Of a stretch of 64,000 bases of DNA, positions 9,321 to 19,579 are shown in pieces. Both the position numbers and the translations under genes were made by a program. The notes beneath the pieces were generated by a model, which worked only from the letters and a program-made list of their open reading frames with translations, was not told the DNA's origin and did no database searches. Position 1 is the first letter of the stretch. Each line of letters starts with the position of its first letter. Origin of the DNA: Thermodesulfobacteriota bacterium (GTDB taxonomy: Bacteria > Desulfobacterota_D > UBA1144 > Nemesobacterales > UBA2774); assembly GCA_965216785.1 (NCBI GenBank), contig OZ244197.1, forward strand, positions 2,592,001 through 2,656,000, in the 5' to 3' direction.

Positions 9321-11492
9321 TCAGATCTTAACAGCTGGCTTAGCGATCGCTTCCTGCACCCTTTCACACTCGCCGTACAGATCTCTTGCCACCTGGAGCA
9401 TCTCCGCAGCAAGCTCTTCCTCAGGCTCCTGATCGATCATATCCTTTAGCACCGCCGATATATCGACCCATTTCTCGTCCGCGTCGCCTGTCCTGACCAG
9501 AAGGTTTTCAAACTCCCACATAGTCTGCTCAGTAGTAAAAGGATCTACAAGCTTTGTGTATAGCGGCACATGAGCGCTCGCGGCGCAGGAATGGTAGGCT
9601 TCCATAATAGAGCTCTCATACTCACCGTGCTTAAGTAGAGCTTCAGCCTGCTCCAGACGCTTTTTCGCGTCTTCAAACGTAGGCACTTTCTCCTCAACAG
9701 TTGCGCCTGCGCACTCGCCTTTCATGCCCTTTTTGAGCTCGAACTTCTCTTCTTCATGTCCCCAGTCCTCATAGAAAGAAGGGTCTTCCTCAAAAGTGGG
9801 GATCTCAGTGAAACCGGTAATTTCATCTTTAATCCTATCCCGCCCGAGTCTCTCCATAACCGCATTAAAGTGCTCGTCCCCTTGCCTTTCGTCACGGTAA
9901 AGCTCAAGGAGTCTTTGTACGACTTTAGGAGCGTTTCTTGTTGGAACTTTTATAATTGATGTACCAAGCCGAGTATCGTCGCCATACAGGCCGCCGCCCA
10001 CAAATACCTGCTCTGAAGGCACATTCCGCCCGCCTTTTGCAAGCGATGCACCCTGAAACCCTATGCTCGCGGTTACATGCTGCGCGCATGAGTTGGGGCA
10101 GCCCGAGATCTTAATATTCAATCCATCAGTGAGCTCTTTAAACTCTCCCAAACCGTTTTTCATGCTTTGAGTCAGGTGAGTCGCTAGCCCTTTAGCCGAC
10201 GTGATACCGAGCCGGCACGTATCAGCGCCCGGGCACGCGGTTATGTCTTCGAATGTTTCAGGTCCCGGTGTAACAAGGTCAATTTCTTTTAAAGCCGCAT
10301 ACAGGGAAGGAAGCGAGCCTGCCTTGACCCAGCGAAGAATCAGGTTTTGACTGATGCTGATTCTAATATCCCCCGCTGAGTAAATGTCCGATATATCGGC
10401 AAGAGCTCTGGCTACGTCTGAGTCCATATCCCCGTTATGCACTTTTATATTCACCATGCACAGGTCCTCAAGCTCGTGCGGCAGAACGCAGGACTCTTTC
10501 CATTCCTGATAGTCGGGATCAGACTCTATACCATCAGGAGCCTTTGGGAAATCATCATTCAAAGCCGGGGGTATTTCAGTAGCGGGTATATCTTTTAGAT
10601 AGTCGTTCCATGTTGGGTCAACCTTAAGAGCCGCCCTCTCCTCTTCCACCAGCCTTTTAAACTCATCGAACCCAAGCTTTCTGACTAAAAACTTCATACG
10701 GGCTTTCATCCTTACTTTGCGCTCCCCGAAGCGGTCGAAAATACGCACCACGGAAGCAGAGAACGGAATCATCTCCTCAACCGGCAAAAATTCGGTCCAC
10801 AGAACACCTAGTGAAGGAGAAGCGCCGAGGCCTCCTCCAATGTGCACCTGAAAACCGCGTTTTAGCTCTCCGTCCACTTCTTTCACACGCGCCCTGAACC
10901 CGAGGTCGTGGATCCTCACACCCGCATGGTCTTTGTCCTGGCAGCCTTCAAAGCAGACTTTAAATTTTCTGCCCATGTTCTGGCAAATGGGGTTACGGAG
11001 CATAAAATCTTTAAACGCATCCGCGTAAGGCGTTACGTCAAACGTCTCACTGGGCGATACTCCCGCCTGGTGGCATGCTGTAACGTTCCTTACAGTGTTT
11101 CCGCAAGCTTCACGTGTTGTGATGCCTTCGTCTGCAAGCTCGCGCATCATGTCAGCTACTGTATCTAAGGTTATGTAATATAGCTGGACGTCCTGTCTTG
11201 TGGTCAGGTGCAGGAAATTACTTGCGTATTTGTCCGACACGTCGGCCAGGCGCCTAAGCTGCGCAGAGTTAAGCCCGCCGAAGGGTATCTTGATGCGCTG
11301 CATCTGAACACCCTCTTGCCGCTGCGCATATGTGCCAAGCTGTAGGCGAATTTTCTGGAATTTAATCTCCCCGTATTTACCCGCAAGATAGTCCTTAATC
11401 TGCTTCTCATACAGATCGAGCTCGTTCCTTACTTCCCCGGGAAGTCCGGCTATTATTTCGTCCATTGATTTCTCATTTCTTTTTACTTCCAT
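9321..11492 (-). CDS. Siroheme-[4Fe-4S] sulfite/nitrite reductase with C-terminal helical extension
   Basis: HLTTRQD, ACGNTVRN, RKFK; CPGADTC and GCPNSC supply the four cluster Cys; RBS GAGGG. Confidence 0.93.
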   Translation of the reverse strand: MEVKRNEKSMDEIIAGLPGEVRNELDLYEKQIKDYLAGKYGEIKFQKIRLQLGTYAQRQEGVQMQRIKIPFGGLNSAQLRRLADVSDKYASNFLHLTTRQDVQLYYITLDTVADMMRELADEGITTREACGNTVRNVTACHQAGVSPSETFDVTPYADAFKDFMLRNPICQNMGRKFKVCFEGCQDKDHAGVRIHDLGFRARVKEVDGELKRGFQVHIGGGLGASPSLGVLWTEFLPVEEMIPFSASVVRIFDRFGERKVRMKARMKFLVRKLGFDEFKRLVEEERAALKVDPTWNDYLKDIPATEIPPALNDDFPKAPDGIESDPDYQEWKESCVLPHELEDLCMVNIKVHNGDMDSDVARALADISDIYSAGDIRISISQNLILRWVKAGSLPSLYAALKEIDLVTPGPETFEDITACPGADTCRLGITSAKGLATHLTQSMKNGLGEFKELTDGLNIKISGCPNSCAQHVTASIGFQGASLAKGGRNVPSEQVFVGGGLYGDDTRLGTSIIKVPTRNAPKVVQRLLELYRDERQGDEHFNAVMERLGRDRIKDEITGFTEIPTFEEDPSFYEDWGHEEEKFELKKGMKGECAGATVEEKVPTFEDAKKRLEQAEALLKHGEYESSIMEAYHSCAASAHVPLYTKLVDPFTTEQTMWEFENLLVRTGDADEKWVDISAVLKDMIDQEPEEELAAEMLQVARDLYGECERVQEAIAKPAVKI

Positions 11493-11750
11493 AATTCACC
11501 CTCTTTTGGTCTGAAATCCATAGTAAATTGGTAAAAATTACTTACGGATATTTTATATATAATCCGGCGTTTGCGCAAATTATCGCGCCCTGATTACAAA
11601 CAAATAATAACTGTCTTTGTATACAGATTATATAGATTTTCCGGCGCTTAAGAGTACAAAACTGCGCGCTATCTTTTTTAGAGAGCAAGAACCGGGTTGT
11701 AGATTCAAACACCGTGTTTAATCTATAATATAACAAGTTTTCGGAGGACG

Positions 11751-12611
11751 TTGAGATTGAACATACAACAGGCAGATAAAGATTACAGAAGAGTAGAGAG
11801 CGCTCTTAAGTATTTACAGACAAACTTCCAGAATAAGCCGAGCCTTAAAGAGATAGCCGATAGGGCTTCTCTCAGCGAATACCACTTCCAGCGTATATTC
11901 ACACGGTGGGCGGGGATTAGCCCCGAGCGCTTTATGAAATACCTTACGAAGGAAACCGCGAAAAAAACTCTTGCCGAGTCTAAGAGCATCCTTGACGCCG
12001 CATACAAGAGCAAGCTCAGCAGCCAGGGACGTCTTTACGACCTATTCGTCACTACAGAGGCCGTAACCCCTGGGGAATTCAAATCCTCCGGAAAGGGTCT
12101 CGTAATCAACTACGGTGTCCATCCAAGCCCATTCGGCCGGTGTTTTATAGCATTGACTGAGCGCGGTATCTGCTTTCTCGGGTTTATAGGTAAAGATGAG
12201 CTCGAAGAGGTTCTATCGGAATTTAAACGCAAATGGAAAAACGCTCTAATAACGAAAGACCAAAAAGCCTCGGCCCGTGTCGTAGAGTCAATATTTGATA
12301 GTAACGCGGGTACCCAGAAGGAGCCGTTTAAGCTTTTACTCCGAGGAACTAATTTTCAGATCAAGGTCTGGGAAGCTCTTTTGAAAATCCCTCCCGGATG
12401 CATAGTGTCTTACGAGGGTTTAGCGCATCGCCTGGGCAAGCCCAATTCGGCAAGGGCTGTTGCGGGCGCTGTAGCTTCAAACCCACTGGCCTATTTAATC
12501 CCGTGCCACCGCGTGATCAGGAAAATGGGTGTGATAAGCGATTACCGCTGGGGGGCCGAGAGAAAGATGGCCATGCTCGCGCGGGAATCATCAATATTAA
12601 AAAACCCTTAG
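11751..12611 (+). CDS. AraC-HTH / O6-methylguanine-DNA methyltransferase fusion (Ada-like, no N-terminal Zn domain)
   Basis: LSEYHFQRIF HTH, GTNFQIKVW, IPCHRV active site; TTG start with GGAGG. Confidence 0.92.
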   Translation: MRLNIQQADKDYRRVESALKYLQTNFQNKPSLKEIADRASLSEYHFQRIFTRWAGISPERFMKYLTKETAKKTLAESKSILDAAYKSKLSSQGRLYDLFVTTEAVTPGEFKSSGKGLVINYGVHPSPFGRCFIALTERGICFLGFIGKDELEEVLSEFKRKWKNALITKDQKASARVVESIFDSNAGTQKEPFKLLLRGTNFQIKVWEALLKIPPGCIVSYEGLAHRLGKPNSARAVAGAVASNPLAYLIPCHRVIRKMGVISDYRWGAERKMAMLARESSILKNP

Positions 12612-12629
12612 ACTGTTTTATATGCTTAC

Positions 12630-13448
12630 TTAGAGCTCTGTACCGCAAAACTTACAGTGCTTTGCGTCGTCATCGTGCCCTTCGGCACTGCACTGCCGGC
12701 AGGATAGTGTCGGGAAACCCTGCTTGAACGCCTGTGACAGCTCCACCGTTACAATACCGGTAGGAACAGCGATTATACTGTACCCCATTACCATCACCAC
12801 AACCGACAGTGCCTGTCCCAAAGGCGTGTGGGGCGATATGTCGCCGTAGCCTACGGTCGTGAGTGTTACGATAGCCCAGTATATGCTGATAGGTATGCTC
12901 GTATACCCGTTTTGGGGCCCCTCGATTATATACATCATCGAGCCGAGCACCGTGACGATTGTAATGACCGTGAAAAGAAAGATCGTGATCTTCCTTGAGC
13001 TCGCCGATATAGCCCTAATGAGCAAATTAGCCTCACCCACATACTTGGCAAGCTTAAGCACACGAAATATCCTGAGCACCCTGAGTATCCTGATCACAAG
13101 AAGGAACCTGGTACCGGGAAGCAGGAGGTCGAGGTAAGTGGGAATTACGGTCAAGAGATCGACAATCCCAAAGAAACTTGTTGCGTAGCGGATAGGACGC
13201 CCGACGGATATCAGCCTTAAAACGTATTCTATGCTGAAAATAACCGTGAAGAACCACTCAAACACATAGAAAAGGCGGCCGTACTTCTCGTTGAGTGAAT
13301 CTACACTATCAAGCATAACAATTAGAACGCTCCCGATAATGCAGACTATCAGTACCTCATCAAAAAGCTTTCCCGCGCGTGTGTCGGCCTCGAAAATTAT
13401 TTCATGTATCTTCTCCCTCCAGTTCTTTGAATTATGATTGTGGGCCAT
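12630..13448 (-). CDS. Voltage-gated-type K+ channel (6TM) with C-terminal zinc ribbon
   Basis: TTVGYGD filter, S4 RILRVLRIFRVLK, CRQC...CKFC. Confidence 0.93.
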   Translation of the reverse strand: MAHNHNSKNWREKIHEIIFEADTRAGKLFDEVLIVCIIGSVLIVMLDSVDSLNEKYGRLFYVFEWFFTVIFSIEYVLRLISVGRPIRYATSFFGIVDLLTVIPTYLDLLLPGTRFLLVIRILRVLRIFRVLKLAKYVGEANLLIRAISASSRKITIFLFTVITIVTVLGSMMYIIEGPQNGYTSIPISIYWAIVTLTTVGYGDISPHTPLGQALSVVVMVMGYSIIAVPTGIVTVELSQAFKQGFPTLSCRQCSAEGHDDDAKHCKFCGTEL

Positions 13449-13532
13449 ACGGTATCCTCCGGCAATTTTTTTCTTTGTTCCTATTTTATTTCTGATCCCA
13501 TACTAAGTACAGTATCTTTGTAATTTTTGCTA

Positions 13533-14861
13533 ATGAGTCAAATAAAAAATAATTCCCCGCGTGCCAAAAACGGTGTAAGCGCATTCTCAGCGCTTTCCAT
13601 CGGCATAGGCGGCATGGTAGGCGGAGGCATATTTGCAGTCACAGGGCTCACCGTTGACCTCACCCGGGGAGCCGCTCCCGTAGCGTTTGTCATAGCGGGC
13701 ATAGTAGCGCTCCTAACGAGCTATTCTTACTTAAAGCTCACACTACGCTTCCCGAGTCAGGGCGGCACAGTGGAGTTTTTAAACAGAGGGTTTGGAAAAG
13801 GCGTATTTACGGGGTCCTCCAACATACTTCTTTGTTTAAGCTACATAATTCTCCTTGCTATTTACGCCTACGCATTCGGTAGCTACGGGGCGAGCCTCTT
13901 CCCCAAAGCCGATTATGAATTCTGGAAACACGCATTAATTACCGGGATTATTATTTTTCTAGCAATTGTGAACTTCTTTGGTGCCGAGCTTGCTATACGC
14001 TCTGAGAACCTTTTTAACTCGGTAAAAATGATATTACTCGCCGTATTTGTAGTTGCCGGGCTAATCGCGCCGATTGAGTGGTCGAGGCTATCTATTGAGA
14101 ACTACGTGCCGCCCGTGGCTATATTCTCAGGCGCCATGATCATATTTTTAAACTACGAGGGCTTTGAGCTCATCGCTAACGCCGGCAAAGACGTGATAAA
14201 CCCAAAGAGAGCGCTCCCGATAGCATATATTGGCGGTGTTTTAATTGTCATAGTTCTCTATGTCCTAATCACTATTGTAGTAGTGGGCCATATGGATTTT
14301 GAGTCAATTCATTACGCGAGCAACTATGCGCTTTCTCAGGCAGCGGGCACGTTCTTAGGAAGATTCGGATTCATCATGCTTGTCGTGGCCGCGCTGCTGG
14401 CCACAAGCTCTGCTATAAACGCGACTTTCTACGGCTCCGGTAGACTCACCTACATAATAGCAAAATACGGCGAGCTGCCCAAAGAGCTCGAGCGCGACAT
14501 AAGGAACCAGCCTCTTGAGGGGATGATAATATTCGCTCTCCTCACTTTATTCATTGCGAACTTTATTCCCCTAGACGCTATTGCAACAATGGGGAGCGCA
14601 GGGTTTCTGCTCATATTTATGGGCGTTAATATTGCAAACTTAAGGCTTGCGAAACAGACCCGTAGCTTGGGGTGGATATCACTTTTAGCGGCATTTTTCT
14701 GCTTTATAGCGCTTTTAGCGTTATGCTGGCAGACCTGGAGGGCAACGGAGACCCGGAGCCAGATATGGATACTTGCCGCAATGATCGTATCTTCGGTACT
14801 AATCGAAGTGATATATAGAGCTATAACAAAAAGGGAAATACATATGGGACGGGGCAATTAA
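13533..14861 (+). CDS. APC family amino-acid permease
   Basis: GGMVGGGIF TM1 motif, YEGFELI, about 12 TM helices. Confidence 0.92.
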   Translation: MSQIKNNSPRAKNGVSAFSALSIGIGGMVGGGIFAVTGLTVDLTRGAAPVAFVIAGIVALLTSYSYLKLTLRFPSQGGTVEFLNRGFGKGVFTGSSNILLCLSYIILLAIYAYAFGSYGASLFPKADYEFWKHALITGIIIFLAIVNFFGAELAIRSENLFNSVKMILLAVFVVAGLIAPIEWSRLSIENYVPPVAIFSGAMIIFLNYEGFELIANAGKDVINPKRALPIAYIGGVLIVIVLYVLITIVVVGHMDFESIHYASNYALSQAAGTFLGRFGFIMLVVAALLATSSAINATFYGSGRLTYIIAKYGELPKELERDIRNQPLEGMIIFALLTLFIANFIPLDAIATMGSAGFLLIFMGVNIANLRLAKQTRSLGWISLLAAFFCFIALLALCWQTWRATETRSQIWILAAMIVSSVLIEVIYRAITKREIHMGRGN

Positions 14862-14894
14862 ACATTAAAGAGGATTAAACTGTAGAAGGAAATT

Positions 14895-15137
14895 CTAAAT
14901 CCGGTGTTTACTGCAAAAACTTTCTATCTCTTCTAATACTTTTTCGGTAATCTGCTCTTTTGTAACGCGGGAAAATATTTTCCGCAGCACCCGCCGCTCG
15001 TCTTCATCGATCACGTTGTCTTCGAGCGCTATCTTCTCCAGCATTTTAAGCTCCTTTTCATCGATTGTATCGTCATTAGCAAATACGACAAGAAAAGAGT
15101 ATCCCATCAACTGCTTTGCGGGTGATTTCGGATCCAT
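14895..15137 (-). CDS. Small TerB-like hypothetical protein
   Basis: Two FANDDTIDEKE / LEDNVIDEDE acidic loops resembling the TerB-like fold; ATG 15137 with GGAG. Confidence 0.6.
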   Translation of the reverse strand: MDPKSPAKQLMGYSFLVVFANDDTIDEKELKMLEKIALEDNVIDEDERRVLRKIFSRVTKEQITEKVLEEIESFCSKHRI

Positions 15138-15287
15138 AACGATCTCCACATTTGAATTTTACCAATATTGCATTCTAAAACAAGATTATGAAGCCTATAT
15201 TAAGATTGTAATGTAATACAGATCATAGAAGTTTTTCGACTTAACAGTAATAATTCTCTTCTATAATTCACTCACGCGACTAATTAA

Positions 15288-16019
15288 ATGAATCAATATA
15301 GACCAGTATCTATCGTAATGCCCGTTTATAACGAAGAGGAGATTCTAGAAAAAACGGTTCGTGAGCATTACAGCGAAATAATTGAGGCTATCCCGGGCTC
15401 AGAATTTATAATAGTGGACGACTGCTCCACAGACGACAGCCCAGTGATACTCAAGAGGCTTGAAAAAGAGCTTCCCGGGATAAAAGTGCTGAGGCCCGAA
15501 CAAAACGGCGGTCATGGAAAAGCGCTAAGGCTGGCATTTGAAAACGCGTCTCGCGACTTAATATTCCATACAGACAGCGACTATCAGAACAACCCCAAGG
15601 ACTTTTGGAAGCTTTATGCCGAGATTGACAATTACGATCTTATAATAGGCTATAGATCATCTAGACACGACCCCATTCACAGACTCATGATTACGAGAAT
15701 CGTACGGCTTGTAAGCTTAGTCTCGTTCGGCAGTTACATAAAGGACGCAAATTCGCCGTTTAAATTGATTAAAAAGGAGTGCTTAACGGACTGTCTCGCG
15801 TCTATAGACCCCGAGGCATTCGCCCCGTCAATACTCCTTGCTCTAACAGCTAAATGGAAAGGTTACAGGTTACTTGAGCTTCCGGTCGAGCATTTTGAGC
15901 GCAAAACGGGGAAAGTATCAATCGCCAACTGGAAAATTATAAAAGCCTGTTTGATTTCTTTTTCCGACACTATTAAATTAAGAGGAACTTTAGGTAAGTC
16001 AAAAGACAAGAATCGTTAA
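15288..16019 (+). CDS. GT2 glycosyltransferase (DPM1/polyprenol-phosphate sugar synthase-like)
   Basis: PVYNEE, VDDCSTD, NGGHG, TDSD, R..G.S motifs. Confidence 0.92.
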   Translation: MNQYRPVSIVMPVYNEEEILEKTVREHYSEIIEAIPGSEFIIVDDCSTDDSPVILKRLEKELPGIKVLRPEQNGGHGKALRLAFENASRDLIFHTDSDYQNNPKDFWKLYAEIDNYDLIIGYRSSRHDPIHRLMITRIVRLVSLVSFGSYIKDANSPFKLIKKECLTDCLASIDPEAFAPSILLALTAKWKGYRLLELPVEHFERKTGKVSIANWKIIKACLISFSDTIKLRGTLGKSKDKNR

Positions 16020-16095
16020 ATTCGACCTTGAACGGGAGTACAAAGTAATATATTCAAAGCTTGTATATTTTATTGACCGTCTATTCTATGTTCTA

Positions 16096-17940
16096 ATGAT
16101 TTCGCTTGCGGTTTTCGGCGTAGCGGGTTATGCGGGCTCACTTGCGATTGAAAATCTCACAATAGAATTATGGGTAATTATACTTATAACCAGCTTGGCT
16201 GGCGCGCTCTTATCACTCCTTTACTTTAGACCATATACTGAAAGCGCTAGACAGTTCTCAATTAAAAGTCTCGTCTTGGGCCTTATTCCCTATCTTGTTC
16301 TCTTGCCTGGCGTAATTTCACTTTTCATATGCACTGATATTCAAATTTCACATCATGGCCCGTTTCATTCGGGTTATATATACCAGATACTTCACGGGAT
16401 ATCCCCACCTGACAATGTTGTGCTCCCCGGGTTTTCCGCTAACGTATATTGGCTCTATCATTCGCTCATAGCTACCTTGAGTCAAATATTCGATACAGCT
16501 CCTCCTCTTGTTGCCGCCTTTGTAAATATCATGGCTCTTATTGCTACACTCCATTGGGTCAGAAAATCTCTATCTCTTCTGGAACTCAAAAACAAAAACT
16601 CATTGATTACAAGCTGCTATACATTGTTAGTCCTATTTGGGACAAGCTTATTTTCCGCTATACATCTGAGCTTAGCGTATATAATAAGAGGACATTTTAC
16701 CCTTAAAATATATGAAAATCCTTTAAATTTTGTTGGCGTATTATTTAACAGCGACAAAAGACTTTTATCACTGTTTAAAAAATTCTTAAATCTTACGGGA
16801 ACACCTCTGGGTATATTATTTTTTTGCTTCACCCTCTATATATCTCTTCTCATATTAAAAGGGGAATTGACTACTAAGAAGATTTTACTACTTGCTGTCG
16901 CAATCTCCGGCTCGCTTATTTTTCATACTACCTCAGGAGGGTTTTCATTACTAATAATTCCTATTTCCTTGTTTGTCACTCTCCTAATCATAAATAGGGA
17001 GAGATTGATTCTATATATTCAAAAAATGGATGCTTTTCACTTTATAGTACTAGCATTCATAATTCTTATTCTTTTTATTCCTATCCTCCACTATGTTTTC
17101 GAGGCGGCTAAAGCTCTGCCGGCAAGTACAAGTGTTGGGACATCTGTAGGATTCAATATAGCATCGATAGTTTCTGTTGCTTATCCCGTAATACCCTTTT
17201 CTCTACTTGCAATCTATGTGAAATATAGAGAAAAAACCGATACGATATTGTTTTTCACCACAGCTAGTTTATTAGGATTCTTATTATCAATATTTATAAA
17301 CTTGCCCGATAAGAATCAATATAAATTTATATACCTATCAACAATAACTACTTGTTTTTTAAGTGTAATAGGACTTGACTATATGTACTATAGTTTCAAA
17401 ACCAGATTTAGTTTAATAAGCAAGCTGATATTTTATGCAATATTTGTACTACTTAGCTATAATATACTAAATACCGGTTTTATATACCTTAAATCCATAC
17501 AATATCGTAGCAACGCTTATTACTATAAAAATAAAAATATAAATCTGAAGGCGGGAGTTAAGAATAAAGAGTCCTATGAATGGATTAGGGATAATTCTGC
17601 ACCTGATACAGTTATCATCATACCCTTGCAAGATAAAGATAAAAATGATTTATATTTAGTGGCACAGAGACTTGCTTATGTTGCTTATGGTGATATATAC
17701 GCAGAGGGATTTATTGAATATGATAAAAGAGTAGATAACGTCAACCTGTTCTATTCACAAAACACCACAATCGATAAGAAGGTCGAGATATTAGGTGAAT
17801 TCGAGAAGTTCAGTCAAAAAAGGGATACCATACTTTTAATTCCAAGTGACAACCTCGAACCTATTTCTTCATACTTGGACACTCTTGAGTTGATCTATAG
17901 CGATCAAGAAGCAAACCTCTACTCATTCAAAAACAATTAG
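16096..17940 (+). CDS. Multi-pass membrane protein, putative GT-C glycosyltransferase
   Basis: More than 10 TM helices; periplasmic loop FH...PPDN..LPG...YWLYH; C-terminal WIRDNS..DTVI soluble domain; follows the GT2 gene; AT-rich. Confidence 0.55.
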   Translation: MISLAVFGVAGYAGSLAIENLTIELWVIILITSLAGALLSLLYFRPYTESARQFSIKSLVLGLIPYLVLLPGVISLFICTDIQISHHGPFHSGYIYQILHGISPPDNVVLPGFSANVYWLYHSLIATLSQIFDTAPPLVAAFVNIMALIATLHWVRKSLSLLELKNKNSLITSCYTLLVLFGTSLFSAIHLSLAYIIRGHFTLKIYENPLNFVGVLFNSDKRLLSLFKKFLNLTGTPLGILFFCFTLYISLLILKGELTTKKILLLAVAISGSLIFHTTSGGFSLLIIPISLFVTLLIINRERLILYIQKMDAFHFIVLAFIILILFIPILHYVFEAAKALPASTSVGTSVGFNIASIVSVAYPVIPFSLLAIYVKYREKTDTILFFTTASLLGFLLSIFINLPDKNQYKFIYLSTITTCFLSVIGLDYMYYSFKTRFSLISKLIFYAIFVLLSYNILNTGFIYLKSIQYRSNAYYYKNKNINLKAGVKNKESYEWIRDNSAPDTVIIIPLQDKDKNDLYLVAQRLAYVAYGDIYAEGFIEYDKRVDNVNLFYSQNTTIDKKVEILGEFEKFSQKRDTILLIPSDNLEPISSYLDTLELIYSDQEANLYSFKNN

Positions 17941-17955
17941 GGCAAATCCATGACT

Positions 17956-19062
17956 TTAAAGCAGTAGGGTGAAAATCAAAATTATTCCAAACGCAAAAAG
18001 ATATATATATCTGGCCCACTTCTCTATCATCTTCGCACGCTCTTCGTTCCCTTCAGAGGCGATTTTACTGGTTACGACGGCGGTACCCAGAGCCAAAAAG
18101 ACCAAAATAGTCGAGAAGAGCACGAACTTATCGATCCTGGTAAAGTAAGAAACCTTTGGCAGCTGGTAACTCAGACTGAATCTATATGCGATCAGCGTGA
18201 AAACAGTTGCCGTGGAAAGCCCTACCTGCGGGCCTATTGCAGTCGGGGGAATCCAGAATACCGCCCATGCCATAAGTACTATCAGGCAAAGGGGTATAAG
18301 CACGTTTAGCACGTAATAATTTCTGTCTCTTTGTGCAGACATCCTGAAATCAATTCGAGCAAAATTTCGTACCTCACCTGTGCCTTGAGACTTAACTGCT
18401 TCGCTCGATGTAACCGCATCGAGGAGTCCGACATGCCAACCCTCGATGGAGAAATGATCTCTCGAGCCCGAGAACTTTTTATCCTGTACAAAAACCATAT
18501 GCTCAGCGTCCGGACCGTACGCGGCAAGGATAAAATGAAGTACCTGACTATCAAAGGGAAAGTCTGTGAAATCCAGATCCGAGGAAAGCGTGCCTATGTA
18601 ACGCTGCTTATAATTAACTTTGCCCTCACTGTCCACTCTCACTACTTTTGGAAGCAGTTTTTCCCCTTTACTTCTGTTCACATCAATAAAGGACGGGTGC
18701 CAGATATCCTGGAGTTTTATCGTGCATCTCTCAAGAGACCTACCAATCGACTTCTCCGATAAACGCGGATCATTCCAAGTGGAATTAAACACTATGTCCG
18801 CCGTAAAGGTTTGCTCCACATCGTCTATCTCTTTAACGTCAATGAGGAAAAAACCCATATATACCTTGGTCTTTTCACCCTCGGCCCCTGGTCTTATTGC
18901 CTGGGTATTTTCAGGGACTGTACAGTCCATAGTACTCATGGTTGTATCGTTAGTTTGAGCAAAAGCCGCAATATACGTACACAAGATTAAGAGCAGCGCG
19001 GCAAGCCCAAATCGCATAACTAATCGAGCTCTATAGATCGAGTTGTAGTTTTGTACATTCAT
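17956..19062 (-). CDS. Prokaryotic pentameric ligand-gated ion channel (GLIC/ELIC/sTeLIC-like)
   Basis: Signal peptide, W.DPRL, IWHP, Pro-loop DFPFDSQ, pre-M1 R..NYY, M1 proline (LIP), LPKVSY M2-M3 loop, four TM helices. Alternative start at 19017. Confidence 0.93.
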   Translation of the reverse strand: MNVQNYNSIYRARLVMRFGLAALLLILCTYIAAFAQTNDTTMSTMDCTVPENTQAIRPGAEGEKTKVYMGFFLIDVKEIDDVEQTFTADIVFNSTWNDPRLSEKSIGRSLERCTIKLQDIWHPSFIDVNRSKGEKLLPKVVRVDSEGKVNYKQRYIGTLSSDLDFTDFPFDSQVLHFILAAYGPDAEHMVFVQDKKFSGSRDHFSIEGWHVGLLDAVTSSEAVKSQGTGEVRNFARIDFRMSAQRDRNYYVLNVLIPLCLIVLMAWAVFWIPPTAIGPQVGLSTATVFTLIAYRFSLSYQLPKVSYFTRIDKFVLFSTILVFLALGTAVVTSKIASEGNEERAKMIEKWARYIYLFAFGIILIFTLLL

Positions 19063-19240
19063 TTTAGGCTATGTAAGTAAAAAGGTATCACCAATATTGT
19101 ATATCAAATATCCGCCGTCTTAACAATACACTTAGAAACTGTATTTTTTTGTGACCGTACTTCTCATTTGTATAGTCACCTATTACAAACCAGATAAATG
19201 CTCTTTCATTAATCAATATATCGCAACAGTAGACTCTGCG

Positions 19241-19257
19241 TCATCAAAATTCGGCAA
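19241..19257 (-). promoter_or_regulatory. 17-bp box copy 1 (TTGCCGAATTTTGATGA), upstream of the pLGIC gene
   Basis: 15/17 match to the other three copies; oriented towards the pLGIC start. Confidence 0.7.
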
Positions 19258-19434
19258 ACTATAATTCTGAAGAAATAAAATATCCTCGGTATATATCGAC
19301 AGCGATTTAATGTCTTATCAACAAAATCTATAGCACATAAAGATATATGTTGCACTTGTACAATTTACACCATTTTGCTATCATAACTTGTAGAAATTAC
19401 GCGCTATTAACAATCAAAGACTATAAAGTACTAC

Positions 19435-19451
19435 TTGCCGATTTTTGATGT
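19435..19451 (+). promoter_or_regulatory. 17-bp box copy 2 (TTGCCGATTTTTGATGT), upstream of the patatin gene
   Basis: Identical to copies 3 and 4; ends 128 nt before ATG 19580. Confidence 0.8.
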
Positions 19452-19579
19452 GGTTGCATAGCTCAAGAAGGTATCGTCATTATAAACTTTTTATCAAATA
19501 CTAAAAGCTATCTTAAAGCTAAGTGAAACTAGGCGTTACTCTGCTTTTTGCTTAAATAGTTTCACTAACGAGTACAAAT

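Noticed and set aside
11515-11541. Rrf2/CymR-type operator upstream of the sulfite reductase
   Set aside because: Only a weak, imperfect AT-rich dyad, with no second copy to support it.
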